NCBI GenBank assembly: GCA_964349065.1
Contig: CAYGEY010000002.1
Coordinates: forward strand, 907 to 64,906
DNA: 64,000 nucleotides
Direction: 5' to 3'
DNA from: an uncultured Candidatus Peribacteria bacterium
Lineage (GTDB): Bacteria; Patescibacteriota; Gracilibacteria; 1-14-2-50-48-13
Shown here piece after piece: positions 17,914 to 26,437 of this stretch (within the stretch, counting starts at the first letter, position 1; the number at the start of each line of letters is the position of its first letter). The notes beneath the pieces were generated by a model. That model was not told the DNA's origin. It saw nothing but the letters and a program-made list of their open reading frames with translations, and made no database searches. The translations under genes and the position numbers were made by a program.

Positions 17914-19011
17914 CTAGTCAAAATTAATCCCAAAGCGACCCCAAAAGTCAGCGGAAATTGTATCCATAACCTCACTTGGACTAACACTCTCCTGACCTCC
18001 AAATCCTGCTAATATCATACCAACAGCCTTCTTTTTCGATTTCGTGCTCGATAATTTTTTTGCTAGCTTTATATTCTCTGCAACCAGTTTTTCAATTTTT
18101 TTCAACAACAAAGTTTTATCCTCTTCGGTTAAAAATTCAGGTTCAGGATTTTTCTCTTCAACCACAATACCAATTTTAGGTACACATATTTCATCTTCAA
18201 CAACTATATTTTCAAAACTCACGACTTCCTTCTCCTCACTCACTTTCTCCAAAATCTTCTCCCTTAGCACCTCTTTTGCAATATCTAAATATTTTGCAAA
18301 AAGTTTTTCATCCCTTTTAAACTCAAACTCTTTTTGATTTCGATCTATCACCTCATCAACGCATGTCTCCAAATCCATCTCCTTTGTTAGAGCTTCTGTC
18401 TTTATCAACTCAAGATACCCACCTGAGAATATCTGTAAAATAGCAATAATCTCATTACCAACGCCTGGGATTTGATCAGGATAGATCTGACTAAGTAATG
18501 GATGAGTTGTCCTAAAATCATCTACAAGTAGCGAAAGATCACCTAATGTTGTCTTCAATAAATACCGGGTATCAGTCATATATGTGCTCACTTTCCGCCG
18601 AAAATATGCATACAATATATTCTCAATTGTAACATCTCTTGGTTGCCTATTTTTCTTCAAAAATTCTGCTCCAAATTGTCTCAATTTTTCCACTGTCATA
18701 TCTAATTCATGTTCAGCAATATATTGTTCAAACTTAATTCCAATTTCATCTGCCGTTTTGGATGTTGCGCTAAATACCTTTTGCAATTTTTCGCTTTGTG
18801 GTATTTGCAGCAGCCCATCATTGATCATGTGTCTTGCGGTATTGATTACCTCCTTATCATAAGCCTCTAATGGTGGCTCTTCTCCTCTTTCAGATCTTCT
18901 TACTGTCTCATCTATATCATCAAACAGGTATGTTTTGAGCATATCAAAATACCCGTTATATTTCTTCCATGCATATTCAAAATTTATCTTTGACGCATCC
19001 GGAAGTTTCAC
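17914..19011 (-). CDS. hypothetical protein
   Basis: 365 aa, acidic and helical. The inverted repeat TTACTCA-N11-TGAGTAA (19052..19076) lies 41 nt upstream. Confidence 0.6.
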   Translation of the reverse strand: MKLPDASKINFEYAWKKYNGYFDMLKTYLFDDIDETVRRSERGEEPPLEAYDKEVINTARHMINDGLLQIPQSEKLQKVFSATSKTADEIGIKFEQYIAEHELDMTVEKLRQFGAEFLKKNRQPRDVTIENILYAYFRRKVSTYMTDTRYLLKTTLGDLSLLVDDFRTTHPLLSQIYPDQIPGVGNEIIAILQIFSGGYLELIKTEALTKEMDLETCVDEVIDRNQKEFEFKRDEKLFAKYLDIAKEVLREKILEKVSEEKEVVSFENIVVEDEICVPKIGIVVEEKNPEPEFLTEEDKTLLLKKIEKLVAENIKLAKKLSSTKSKKKAVGMILAGFGGQESVSPSEVMDTISADFWGRFGINFD

Positions 19012-19208
19012 TGTAAGAAAATCAATAGCTGATACTTGTACCTTACTAAAATTACTCAGTTGTATTTGATGAGTAAGATTTTTTGGTGTACTTCCTGGTA
19101 AGTTTGGATGATAGTATATTGAGATATTCTTTTCATTAGAATGTGATGATGCATCATTGATTTTTTTAAGATTTTGTCAATATCTGATTTTATAATGATA
19201 ATCCTTTC

Positions 19209-20471
19209 TTACAAAGCAAACCCCAGCCCCACCATTTGTAAATTGGAAACTCTCACGGGTGATTGAATGAATCTTTTCCCTGTTAGTATCCCGGGGCGTA
19301 CTGTATACCTTCCAAACTTGTCATTAACCTTATCCACTGCATGAAACAACGTTTCTTGAATCTGGGTGATCTTGTCCTCCATAAAAAATGATAATTGGGT
19401 CGAGGTATCCTTCTCGCACTCCGAGAAGACTGCTCCAATAGCACGAATACGCATACCCGAAATCTTTTCTAAAAACGGCTCGAGTAAAAGACTAGAGAAT
19501 CTTGAACTACTTGCATGACAGATAACATCCTTTGCCTCAATACTCACTGTTCGGAAACTACTGTCTTTTGCATACAGAAACAGCTTCTTTGCCCGAAGTC
19601 CTTTTCTTCGAAGTTTGGATGTGCAGAGAAATAAATGATTTACTACTTCCATCCGAATATGCTCAGGATTGGTCGTTTCGCGAAACGTTCGGCTTCGGGA
19701 GATAGATTTTGGTAACACATTTTCTAATACAAGCGGCATGGCAGGAGTCCCGGAGAGCTCATGCCAGAGGTATACTCCCGGTTTCATCATCAAACTCCGC
19801 ACTCTCTCCTCCGAAAAAGATAAAAAATCTGTTATCTTTTTTACGCCGGCTTTTTCAAGCAAAGCTACAGTATTGTCTCCAAACCCGGGAACATCAGAAA
19901 GTGCACATGAATCCAAATACTGGTCAATAGCTCTCCTTGGGACCTCATAGATACCAAAAGGTTTCGCAGAGTCAGATGCCATCTTTGCCAATGTTTTTGT
20001 CGGTGCTACGCCAATGGACACAGGAAGTCCCAACTCTCGCATCACTTTCTCTTGTATCATGCGTGCAATACCCGTAAAAGAAGTACGATATAATCTACGC
20101 AAACCACCAACATCGATAAATCCTTCATCAATTGAATACTCTTCAACATCCGGAGAGAACTCTCGGAGTATAGCAAAGAGCCTCTCCGAATATTTCGCAT
20201 ACAAACTAAAATTGGATGACACATAATACGCTTGGTGCTTCGGCAATAGTTTTTCTGCTTCCCATGCAGGCATACCCGTTTTTATACCAAATTTTTTAGC
20301 ATCACGAGTAGCGGCTAAAATGATCCCATGCTCTTTGGCCAAAACACATACCGGCTTGTCCCACAATTTGGGATTTACTGCACGTTCACATGATGCAAAG
20401 AAACTATCCGCATCAATGTGAAGGATCTTATTCCTATATGTAGTCATGATGCGTGCCATAGTATGATGCAA
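19209..20471 (-). CDS. Y-family translesion DNA polymerase (UmuC/DinB-like)
   Basis: 420 aa. ILHIDADSFFASCERAVNP, SSNFSLYAKYS and EEYSIDEGFIDV are Y-family palm motifs. Lies downstream of lexA. Confidence 0.85.
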   Translation of the reverse strand: MHHTMARIMTTYRNKILHIDADSFFASCERAVNPKLWDKPVCVLAKEHGIILAATRDAKKFGIKTGMPAWEAEKLLPKHQAYYVSSNFSLYAKYSERLFAILREFSPDVEEYSIDEGFIDVGGLRRLYRTSFTGIARMIQEKVMRELGLPVSIGVAPTKTLAKMASDSAKPFGIYEVPRRAIDQYLDSCALSDVPGFGDNTVALLEKAGVKKITDFLSFSEERVRSLMMKPGVYLWHELSGTPAMPLVLENVLPKSISRSRTFRETTNPEHIRMEVVNHLFLCTSKLRRKGLRAKKLFLYAKDSSFRTVSIEAKDVICHASSSRFSSLLLEPFLEKISGMRIRAIGAVFSECEKDTSTQLSFFMEDKITQIQETLFHAVDKVNDKFGRYTVRPGILTGKRFIQSPVRVSNLQMVGLGFAL

Positions 20472-20576
20472 TTTACCAGCTAAACACTAAGAGGACATGA
20501 GCAACAAAAAGGAGAATACAAAGGCCTGAGTAAAAAGATAATTGATTTCTTCCTGTGCGATCAAATGTAGAATATC

Positions 20577-21212
20577 TCATATTTTATGGGTTTTACGAAT
20601 TACAGAAATAACAGGACCAAAAACGGACCATCCATCCTCAAAAGGAATGTCTTTGTATATGGGATTGGCAGAGCGAAGAACCAACTCTCCTCGAACTTTC
20701 GCAACATATTTAATACGATATCCGGTATCAGTCGTCACCACCACAATGTCACCATTTGTGTATGGTGATCCTTTTTCTACTAACACATAATCTCCATCCA
20801 AAATCCCGGCACCAATCATCGAATCGCCGGACACGGTGAGCATAAATGTTTGCTGCGGATTATTAATCAAAAATTCATCGATAGACACCATGTCACCACG
20901 GGTTTCATCTACCGGAGAGGAAAAGCCTGCGGCAACACCACCAAGTATTTCTGTTCTGCGAGGCATAGATACAATATGCATCCGCCCGCAATTATCCTTG
21001 GTTAAAAATCCCTCAGCAACGAGCTTGGTCACATGCTTGTACACACCATTGGTAGAACGTACACCAAGGTACCGCATGATCTCACGCACGGTCGGAGCCC
21101 GCGAGACACTATTGTGGTAGTCTTTAATAAATCTCAGCACCTTCTCCGTAGAAGTCGACAAGGTCGCTTGTGCTCTGGTCATCATGGACAGTGCTGTGGG
21201 TGATGCAAACAT
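20577..21212 (-). CDS. lexA: LexA repressor (S24 peptidase)
   Basis: 211 aa. wHTH region VLRFIKDY..PTVREIMRYLGVRSTNGVYKHVTKLVAEGFL, cleavage site GGVAAGF, and VSGDSMIGAGILDGDYVLVE with a downstream Lys. Confidence 0.85.
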   Translation of the reverse strand: MFASPTALSMMTRAQATLSTSTEKVLRFIKDYHNSVSRAPTVREIMRYLGVRSTNGVYKHVTKLVAEGFLTKDNCGRMHIVSMPRRTEILGGVAAGFSSPVDETRGDMVSIDEFLINNPQQTFMLTVSGDSMIGAGILDGDYVLVEKGSPYTNGDIVVVTTDTGYRIKYVAKVRGELVLRSANPIYKDIPFEDGWSVFGPVISVIRKTHKI

Positions 21213-21226
21213 ACTTCGTTGGGTTA

Positions 21227-21244
21227 GGTGATATCTTCATCACC
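21227..21244. promoter_or_regulatory. candidate LexA operator 1
   Basis: Perfect palindrome GGTGAT-atcttc-ATCACC, 15 nt upstream of the lexA ATG. Confidence 0.5.
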
Positions 21245-21249
21245 ATAAT

Positions 21250-21269
21250 AGGTGAAAGTATGTTCACCT
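21250..21269. promoter_or_regulatory. candidate LexA operator 2
   Basis: Perfect palindrome AGGTGAA-agtatg-TTCACCT. Same GGTGA-N8-TCACC architecture; the right half contains GTTCAC, like the Gram-positive Cheo box half-site. Confidence 0.5.
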
Positions 21270-21317
21270 GTAAAGAGTTATTTTGAAAAAAGTGGGAGGT
21301 GGCTTTAGAGCTATGTT

Positions 21318-22595
21318 CTAAGCTATAATACTCATCCAATCTTTTACCACTTCTCTCACCTTCCCAATCATATACATCGACCCGGTCACCACAATCAGAT
21401 CATTCGTCCCGCTTTCTCGCATCGCCAGTTCAAATGCCTTCACAGGATCCCCAATTGATACCACAGATGGTGGGTATGTATGATGTTTCAATTCATCAGC
21501 TAGTTCCATTGCCGGGATAAATTTTTTCCCCTTTACATCAGTCACTGTTGTCGCATACCAGTTATCTATCAATGGCAACAGCGGATGAATCATTTCGTCT
21601 ACATCTTTTCTAGACAATAAAGCAAAAATTACAGACACGGAGGATATATTATAATTTTCAATGAACGTCCGAAGTCTCCCTGCCAAATACTCCATCTTCT
21701 CCGCGTTGTGCGCACTGTCGACAATCACAAACGGTTGCCCCTCCTGGTGAAATACTTCAAATCGCCCGGGGAACCAAGGTGGTGGTGTTAGTTCTGTATC
21801 AACATACTCACAGCCCCAAAGCTCCTTTGCCTTTGCAAGCGCATGCACAGCAAGCTCATCATATTGTATAAACTCCACATCCGACCCAACTTCTTTTGCT
21901 TCCTCTTTTACAATATGTTGCAACTCCTGATCACTCAAACTCGAATACATCACCCGCCCCGCTTTCAGCGCCCCTGCATCATGAAAGGCCAAATCTTTTT
22001 TTGTAGGCCCCAGGGTTTCCAAATGATCATCTGAAATTCCGGTGTGCACGACGATCTCTGCGGGAATCAGATTAGTAAAATGATACCGCGCCCCGGCTCC
22101 AACCTCAACAATGGAAATATCCACGTGCATGTCTTTAAAAACCAAAAGCCCAAGTGCAAACAAGGCAGTTCCATAACCGACAAGTAAACCTTTATCAGCA
22201 AGACTAGTAATCGCGGACAGCACTTGTTCCCCACATTTCAAATATACTTCAACCGGTACCAACTCATCATCCACCCGATACCTCTCGCGGAGGCTCATAA
22301 TATGCGGGCTGACGTAACTCCCGACATGCGTCCCACCCCCATACAGGCTCTGATGCAGATGCGTCACCATACTCCCCTTCCCGGACGTCCCGATTACATA
22401 CATATATTTCCCCGCTTCCAGATCAATATCTAAAAGTTTTAATAAAGCTTGAAAAGAAACAAACTCCAGATCTGTGTATCGCACCACATGAAATGTCCCG
22501 TATGATTTTTGCACATCAAAAATAACAGCCTCTTTTGTATCTTGGGTAATTAATTCTTCAAATCTCATCTGCATTTCATGTTCTTTATTCTCCAT
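21318..22595 (-). CDS. folC: folylpolyglutamate synthase/dihydrofolate synthase (Mur ligase family)
   Basis: 425 aa. P-loop VIGTSGKGSMVTHL followed by YVSPHIMSLRERYRVDDE, the FolC-type SPHL..RER signature. Confidence 0.75.
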   Translation of the reverse strand: MENKEHEMQMRFEELITQDTKEAVIFDVQKSYGTFHVVRYTDLEFVSFQALLKLLDIDLEAGKYMYVIGTSGKGSMVTHLHQSLYGGGTHVGSYVSPHIMSLRERYRVDDELVPVEVYLKCGEQVLSAITSLADKGLLVGYGTALFALGLLVFKDMHVDISIVEVGAGARYHFTNLIPAEIVVHTGISDDHLETLGPTKKDLAFHDAGALKAGRVMYSSLSDQELQHIVKEEAKEVGSDVEFIQYDELAVHALAKAKELWGCEYVDTELTPPPWFPGRFEVFHQEGQPFVIVDSAHNAEKMEYLAGRLRTFIENYNISSVSVIFALLSRKDVDEMIHPLLPLIDNWYATTVTDVKGKKFIPAMELADELKHHTYPPSVVSIGDPVKAFELAMRESGTNDLIVVTGSMYMIGKVREVVKDWMSIIA

Positions 22596-22713
22596 ATACT
22601 TTTAATAAACATACGGCACCCTAGCTCAAAATGAGCTGATGTGCAAGGTTGACGATACGAGGCTTCGCATTTATAGTGCGTGTGCTGAATTTGTATTTAT
22701 TATTTTTCATATT

Positions 22714-23259
22714 ATGCATAACCCAAGTAGCTTGTATCACTGCATCCCAACCGGATCCAATGTGCCAGATGAGGTCAATGTCATTATCGAGATTTCTGAA
22801 GGATCACACATGAAATATGAGTATGATCATCATTTGGGAATATTTATGCTGGACCGTGTAAATTATGCGCCGATGCCGTTTCCGACGAATTACGGGTTTA
22901 TTCCACAGTGTTGGAATACTGATGATAATGACCCTGCAGATGCAGTGGTGATCTCGTCATATCCCATTCATCAGGGTGTATTGGTACCGTGCAAAGTGCT
23001 TGGAATGCTGGAAATGATCGATAGCGGAGAGAAAGATGACAAGATAATTTGTGTGCCGGTAAATGATATGCGACTTATGGAAGTTGAAAAAATTGAGGAT
23101 TTCCCGAGCCACTTTTTGAAGCAAATTGAGTATTATTTCGCGTATTATAAAAAGATCAAGAACAAGGAAGTCGATGTGAAAGGGTTTCTATCAAAGGCGG
23201 AGGCTGCGAAGAAAATTGTGAAAGGAATGGCGGATCATACGGAGAAGTTTGGGGGATAA
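22714..23259 (+). CDS. ppa: inorganic pyrophosphatase, family I
   Basis: VNVIIEISEGSHMKYEYD, NYGFIPQCWNTDDNDPADAVVIS and DDKIICVP. ATG at 22714 chosen over the track's upstream start. Confidence 0.9.
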   Translation: MHNPSSLYHCIPTGSNVPDEVNVIIEISEGSHMKYEYDHHLGIFMLDRVNYAPMPFPTNYGFIPQCWNTDDNDPADAVVISSYPIHQGVLVPCKVLGMLEMIDSGEKDDKIICVPVNDMRLMEVEKIEDFPSHFLKQIEYYFAYYKKIKNKEVDVKGFLSKAEAAKKIVKGMADHTEKFGG

Positions 23260-23263
23260 TCCT

Positions 23264-24631
23264 CTATAACTCCCCAACCATCCTCACAAATAAATCCCCT
23301 CTCTCTTTATAATTCTGGAACTGATCCAAACTTGAGCACGCAGGTGAAAGCACCACGTGCTTTATTTCACTACTCGCAACAACCTCTGCAAAAATCTTCG
23401 GAAGGCTAGAGAAATCTTTAACATGTTTAAGTCCAAAAGGGGTCTCGCCACGCGCCTCAATCACATCATACAATCTCCTCCCGGCCTTCTCTCCAATTGT
23501 CACCACCTTTCTCAGATGGCTTGATCGAAATAACTCATCCACCAACCCCTCAAACGCCACATTCTTCTCACCTCCGCCCAGCAACAACATCATCGGCTCA
23601 GAAAATGAATGGATCGCGGCCATGGCTGACTCCGGGGTGGTCCCGGCGCTATCATTCCAAAAAGAAACCTCACCTACTTTGCGCACAAACTCCATGCGAT
23701 ATGGAACGCCTTTATATGACAGAAGCGCATCTCTCATAACCTCTTTGGTGATTCCCAAAATATATCCAAGGGTGAGCCCCATCAAAAAATTAATCCGAAG
23801 TTCCGGCGCTTTGGCGGGGATGTCCTTGAGATCGACCAACGCTTCGTATTCCCCATCCTCACAAAAAATAACATGCTCGTCCTGCACACCAATCCCGTAT
23901 GAAACCGGTTCTTTTTTACTCACTTGATACGCCTGCGCGCTTCCGATGTTTTCAAACGCTCTGGAGATCTCATTATCCACATCAACTATTTTGATATCAG
24001 AAATACCCTGGTGTATAACAATCGATGATTTTGCCTCTACGTATTCATCAAAATCCTTGTGATAATCCAAATGCTCCGGTGTGATACCAAGCACCATGGC
24101 AATATGCGGACTTGTTGGCAAATCATGTAATTGAAAGCTGGAGAGCTCCATAATCACATACGTTTCCTCATCAATCTCGGAAAGTTGGCTGAGCATCTGA
24201 ATACCCACATTCCCCACGAGGACAGATTTTTTTCCGGCTGCTGTGAGCAGATGATGTAAAAATGTCGAGGTGGTTGTTTTCCCTTTTGTTCCGGTCACTC
24301 CGATAGTGATGCCTCTACAAAGCTCTAGAAAAAGCTCTGTCTGAGACGTGATTTTCACGCCATGTTCAGCCGCCTCCACCAACTCCGGCCTCAGGAGAGA
24401 AACTCCGGGGGTTCGGAAGGCTATATCAAAATTCATCAAATGTGACATTGCATTTTTCCCGCAAACCGCGAGATACGGCTCTTTGGGAGTCACTTCTTTG
24501 TCATCCAAAATGGTCACATCTTTGTAGTCCTGTGCATACAGATACGAAGCGACTGCCTGGCCCTCCACGCCATACCCTATTAATGCTATTTTATCTGTTT
24601 TATTCATAAAAAGTGGATATCTACTTGGCAT
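23264..24631 (-). CDS. murD: UDP-N-acetylmuramoyl-L-alanine--D-glutamate ligase
   Basis: 455 aa. IALIGYGVEGQA Rossmann N-terminus and GVTGTKGKTTTSTFL P-loop. The start may instead be MNKTDK at 24607. Confidence 0.88.
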   Translation of the reverse strand: MPSRYPLFMNKTDKIALIGYGVEGQAVASYLYAQDYKDVTILDDKEVTPKEPYLAVCGKNAMSHLMNFDIAFRTPGVSLLRPELVEAAEHGVKITSQTELFLELCRGITIGVTGTKGKTTTSTFLHHLLTAAGKKSVLVGNVGIQMLSQLSEIDEETYVIMELSSFQLHDLPTSPHIAMVLGITPEHLDYHKDFDEYVEAKSSIVIHQGISDIKIVDVDNEISRAFENIGSAQAYQVSKKEPVSYGIGVQDEHVIFCEDGEYEALVDLKDIPAKAPELRINFLMGLTLGYILGITKEVMRDALLSYKGVPYRMEFVRKVGEVSFWNDSAGTTPESAMAAIHSFSEPMMLLLGGGEKNVAFEGLVDELFRSSHLRKVVTIGEKAGRRLYDVIEARGETPFGLKHVKDFSSLPKIFAEVVASSEIKHVVLSPACSSLDQFQNYKERGDLFVRMVGEL

Positions 24632-24671
24632 AGTATATCCACCTTTTATAATTCCTCAACTGTTCATTGTA

Positions 24672-26084
24672 TTACAAAATATCAAGCACTTTTTCTTTTT
24701 CTTCATCGGCATAGATCTTCTCAAATGACCTACGCGATTTATTCAAATCATTGTTAGCCTTTTGCTTTTCTGACATAAGTGATTCAAACATTATTTTTGT
24801 TGAATCAATCACATTTTCCTTTGTTAACCGTTTACCATTGTGCCATGCATCTATCTGAATAACGGCTCCATTTGGTGCTATATTTGATAATGTCTGAAAA
24901 ACAACCTTCATTTCAATTTCGACACCATGCAAGTTTTTATACTGATCTACAATATCTGAAAGATACCCGAGAGAAACCTGCAACTGCATCAATAGGTTTT
25001 TTTCTCGCGCTCCATACTCTTTGTCATGATGCGTTGCCGCAGAAAAAAGAGTATGGAAACTATCACGGTCTTCCGACTTCTCAGGATTTAATTGTAAATA
25101 ATGTAATACAGCACTTATGTGCTCCAACACACTTCTCTCTTCATGTGGATTATCATGCAGAACACGCCTCTTCATGGACTCGATTATGATTCGGAGAGTA
25201 TCTTCATAATTTTCAGTATTTTTTTCCTGACTCTGTTTACTTTGATGAAGTTTTTCTAAACACTGCTTGATATTTGAAAACTCAGTTAAAAATGTTTCAT
25301 ATTCATCGTTTGTAATCGGTAACATATCCTGTAGTGTTTGGTGCAGTGCATCAAGATTTTGTATTTGTTCAACGATAGTCAGTCCTTCATCTAAGATGCC
25401 ATATGCCTCTGCCGCACTTACAATATTGAAGAAATCTTTTGACTTTTGCACTTCATTCTCAAAATTTCTCATGCTGATGTCATGGACAAATTGTGACATT
25501 TGTTTTTCCGTGTTTTTTTCATAGTATTTTGATTCTTGTAATACTTCCTTTTTAAAAAGCTGTTCCATCAATGTATTACTATTAAGCAAATGACGATTCA
25601 GTATGTGGGCGAGAAACTCAGCTTCGGTCAGAACATTTTTTTCAATTTCATGGGAAAACTGATCTTGTACATACTGAACAAACAAGTCACCCGAAACATC
25701 CTTTTTTTCTTTTGCCTTCGCAAGCGTAAATTTTAAAAATGGAAGAATAATATTTACCTGTCCGCCTAATGCATTTTGAATACCTTGAATCATGATCATC
25801 GCTTTTTCTTCTTTATGTACATCCACAGACCGGCTATCTGTAAAAAATTCAGTAATGGCCTCTTGCTTCTTTTTATGGTCAGCACGCAGGAAGTTATTCT
25901 GCCTTTGGCGCATAAGTTGTAGAGTTTCTTCTACTTCTTTTATTGGCGTTCCGTATGTTGTCGTACGCCCAGGTGCAAGCGGATTAAAACTTGAAATGGG
26001 GGTTTTTCCAAAAAGGACAAGTTCGTGTTGCTCTGGCTTTTCAAGGCAATGTTGCGAGAGATCCATAGTGTTTGAAATAAACAT
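24672..26084 (-). CDS. hypothetical protein (helical, charged)
   Basis: 470-aa ORF. No motif recognised. Confidence 0.55.
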   Translation of the reverse strand: MFISNTMDLSQHCLEKPEQHELVLFGKTPISSFNPLAPGRTTTYGTPIKEVEETLQLMRQRQNNFLRADHKKKQEAITEFFTDSRSVDVHKEEKAMIMIQGIQNALGGQVNIILPFLKFTLAKAKEKKDVSGDLFVQYVQDQFSHEIEKNVLTEAEFLAHILNRHLLNSNTLMEQLFKKEVLQESKYYEKNTEKQMSQFVHDISMRNFENEVQKSKDFFNIVSAAEAYGILDEGLTIVEQIQNLDALHQTLQDMLPITNDEYETFLTEFSNIKQCLEKLHQSKQSQEKNTENYEDTLRIIIESMKRRVLHDNPHEERSVLEHISAVLHYLQLNPEKSEDRDSFHTLFSAATHHDKEYGAREKNLLMQLQVSLGYLSDIVDQYKNLHGVEIEMKVVFQTLSNIAPNGAVIQIDAWHNGKRLTKENVIDSTKIMFESLMSEKQKANNDLNKSRRSFEKIYADEEKEKVLDIL

Positions 26085-26220
26085 ATAGGTAAGAAATTTT
26101 GATAATTTTTATAGTGCAAGGAGTCAAGGCGGGAGCGACGCAACCGTAGTTTTTCTACGGTGAGGAGCGAGTAACGCAGACGACGAAGCAATATACAATT
26201 ATCAGAGTTTCTTTGAGAAG

Positions 26221-26257
26221 AAAAAAGCTCCCCTCGGTTGCCCGGGGGAGCTTTTTC
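26221..26257. terminator. hairpin terminator downstream of secA unit
   Basis: AAAAAAGCTCCCC-tcggttgccc-GGGGAGCTTTTT, with A/T runs on both sides. Confidence 0.75.
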
Positions 26258-26279
26258 ATATCGTTTTTCTTATGCTTTC

Positions 26280-26378
26280 TTACCCCCGGACATATACTTT
26301 AGCGTACACACAAATAATCATTCCAAAAGAAATGACTGTAATGAGTGCGCTAAGTAGTAGTTGGGAGACCAAATTCAT
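26280..26378 (-). CDS. possible 32-aa membrane peptide between secA and its terminator
   Basis: Hand translation MNLVSQLLLSALITVISFGMIICVYAKVYVRG gives a single hydrophobic helix. No clear RBS. Not in the ORF track because it is under 60 aa. Confidence 0.3.
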   Translation of the reverse strand: MNLVSQLLLSALITVISFGMIICVYAKVYVRG

Positions 26379-26437
26379 ATAGTAGAAAAACATCTTCAGG
26401 AAGAGTTTAGCAAAATGAGGGAAAATGTCAAGACCAG

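Noticed and set aside
19140-19175. 12-bp perfect palindrome ATGATGCATCAT followed by a T run
   Set aside because: The T run follows it only on the plus strand, where no upstream gene would use it as a terminator. There is no loop, so it is probably fortuitous.
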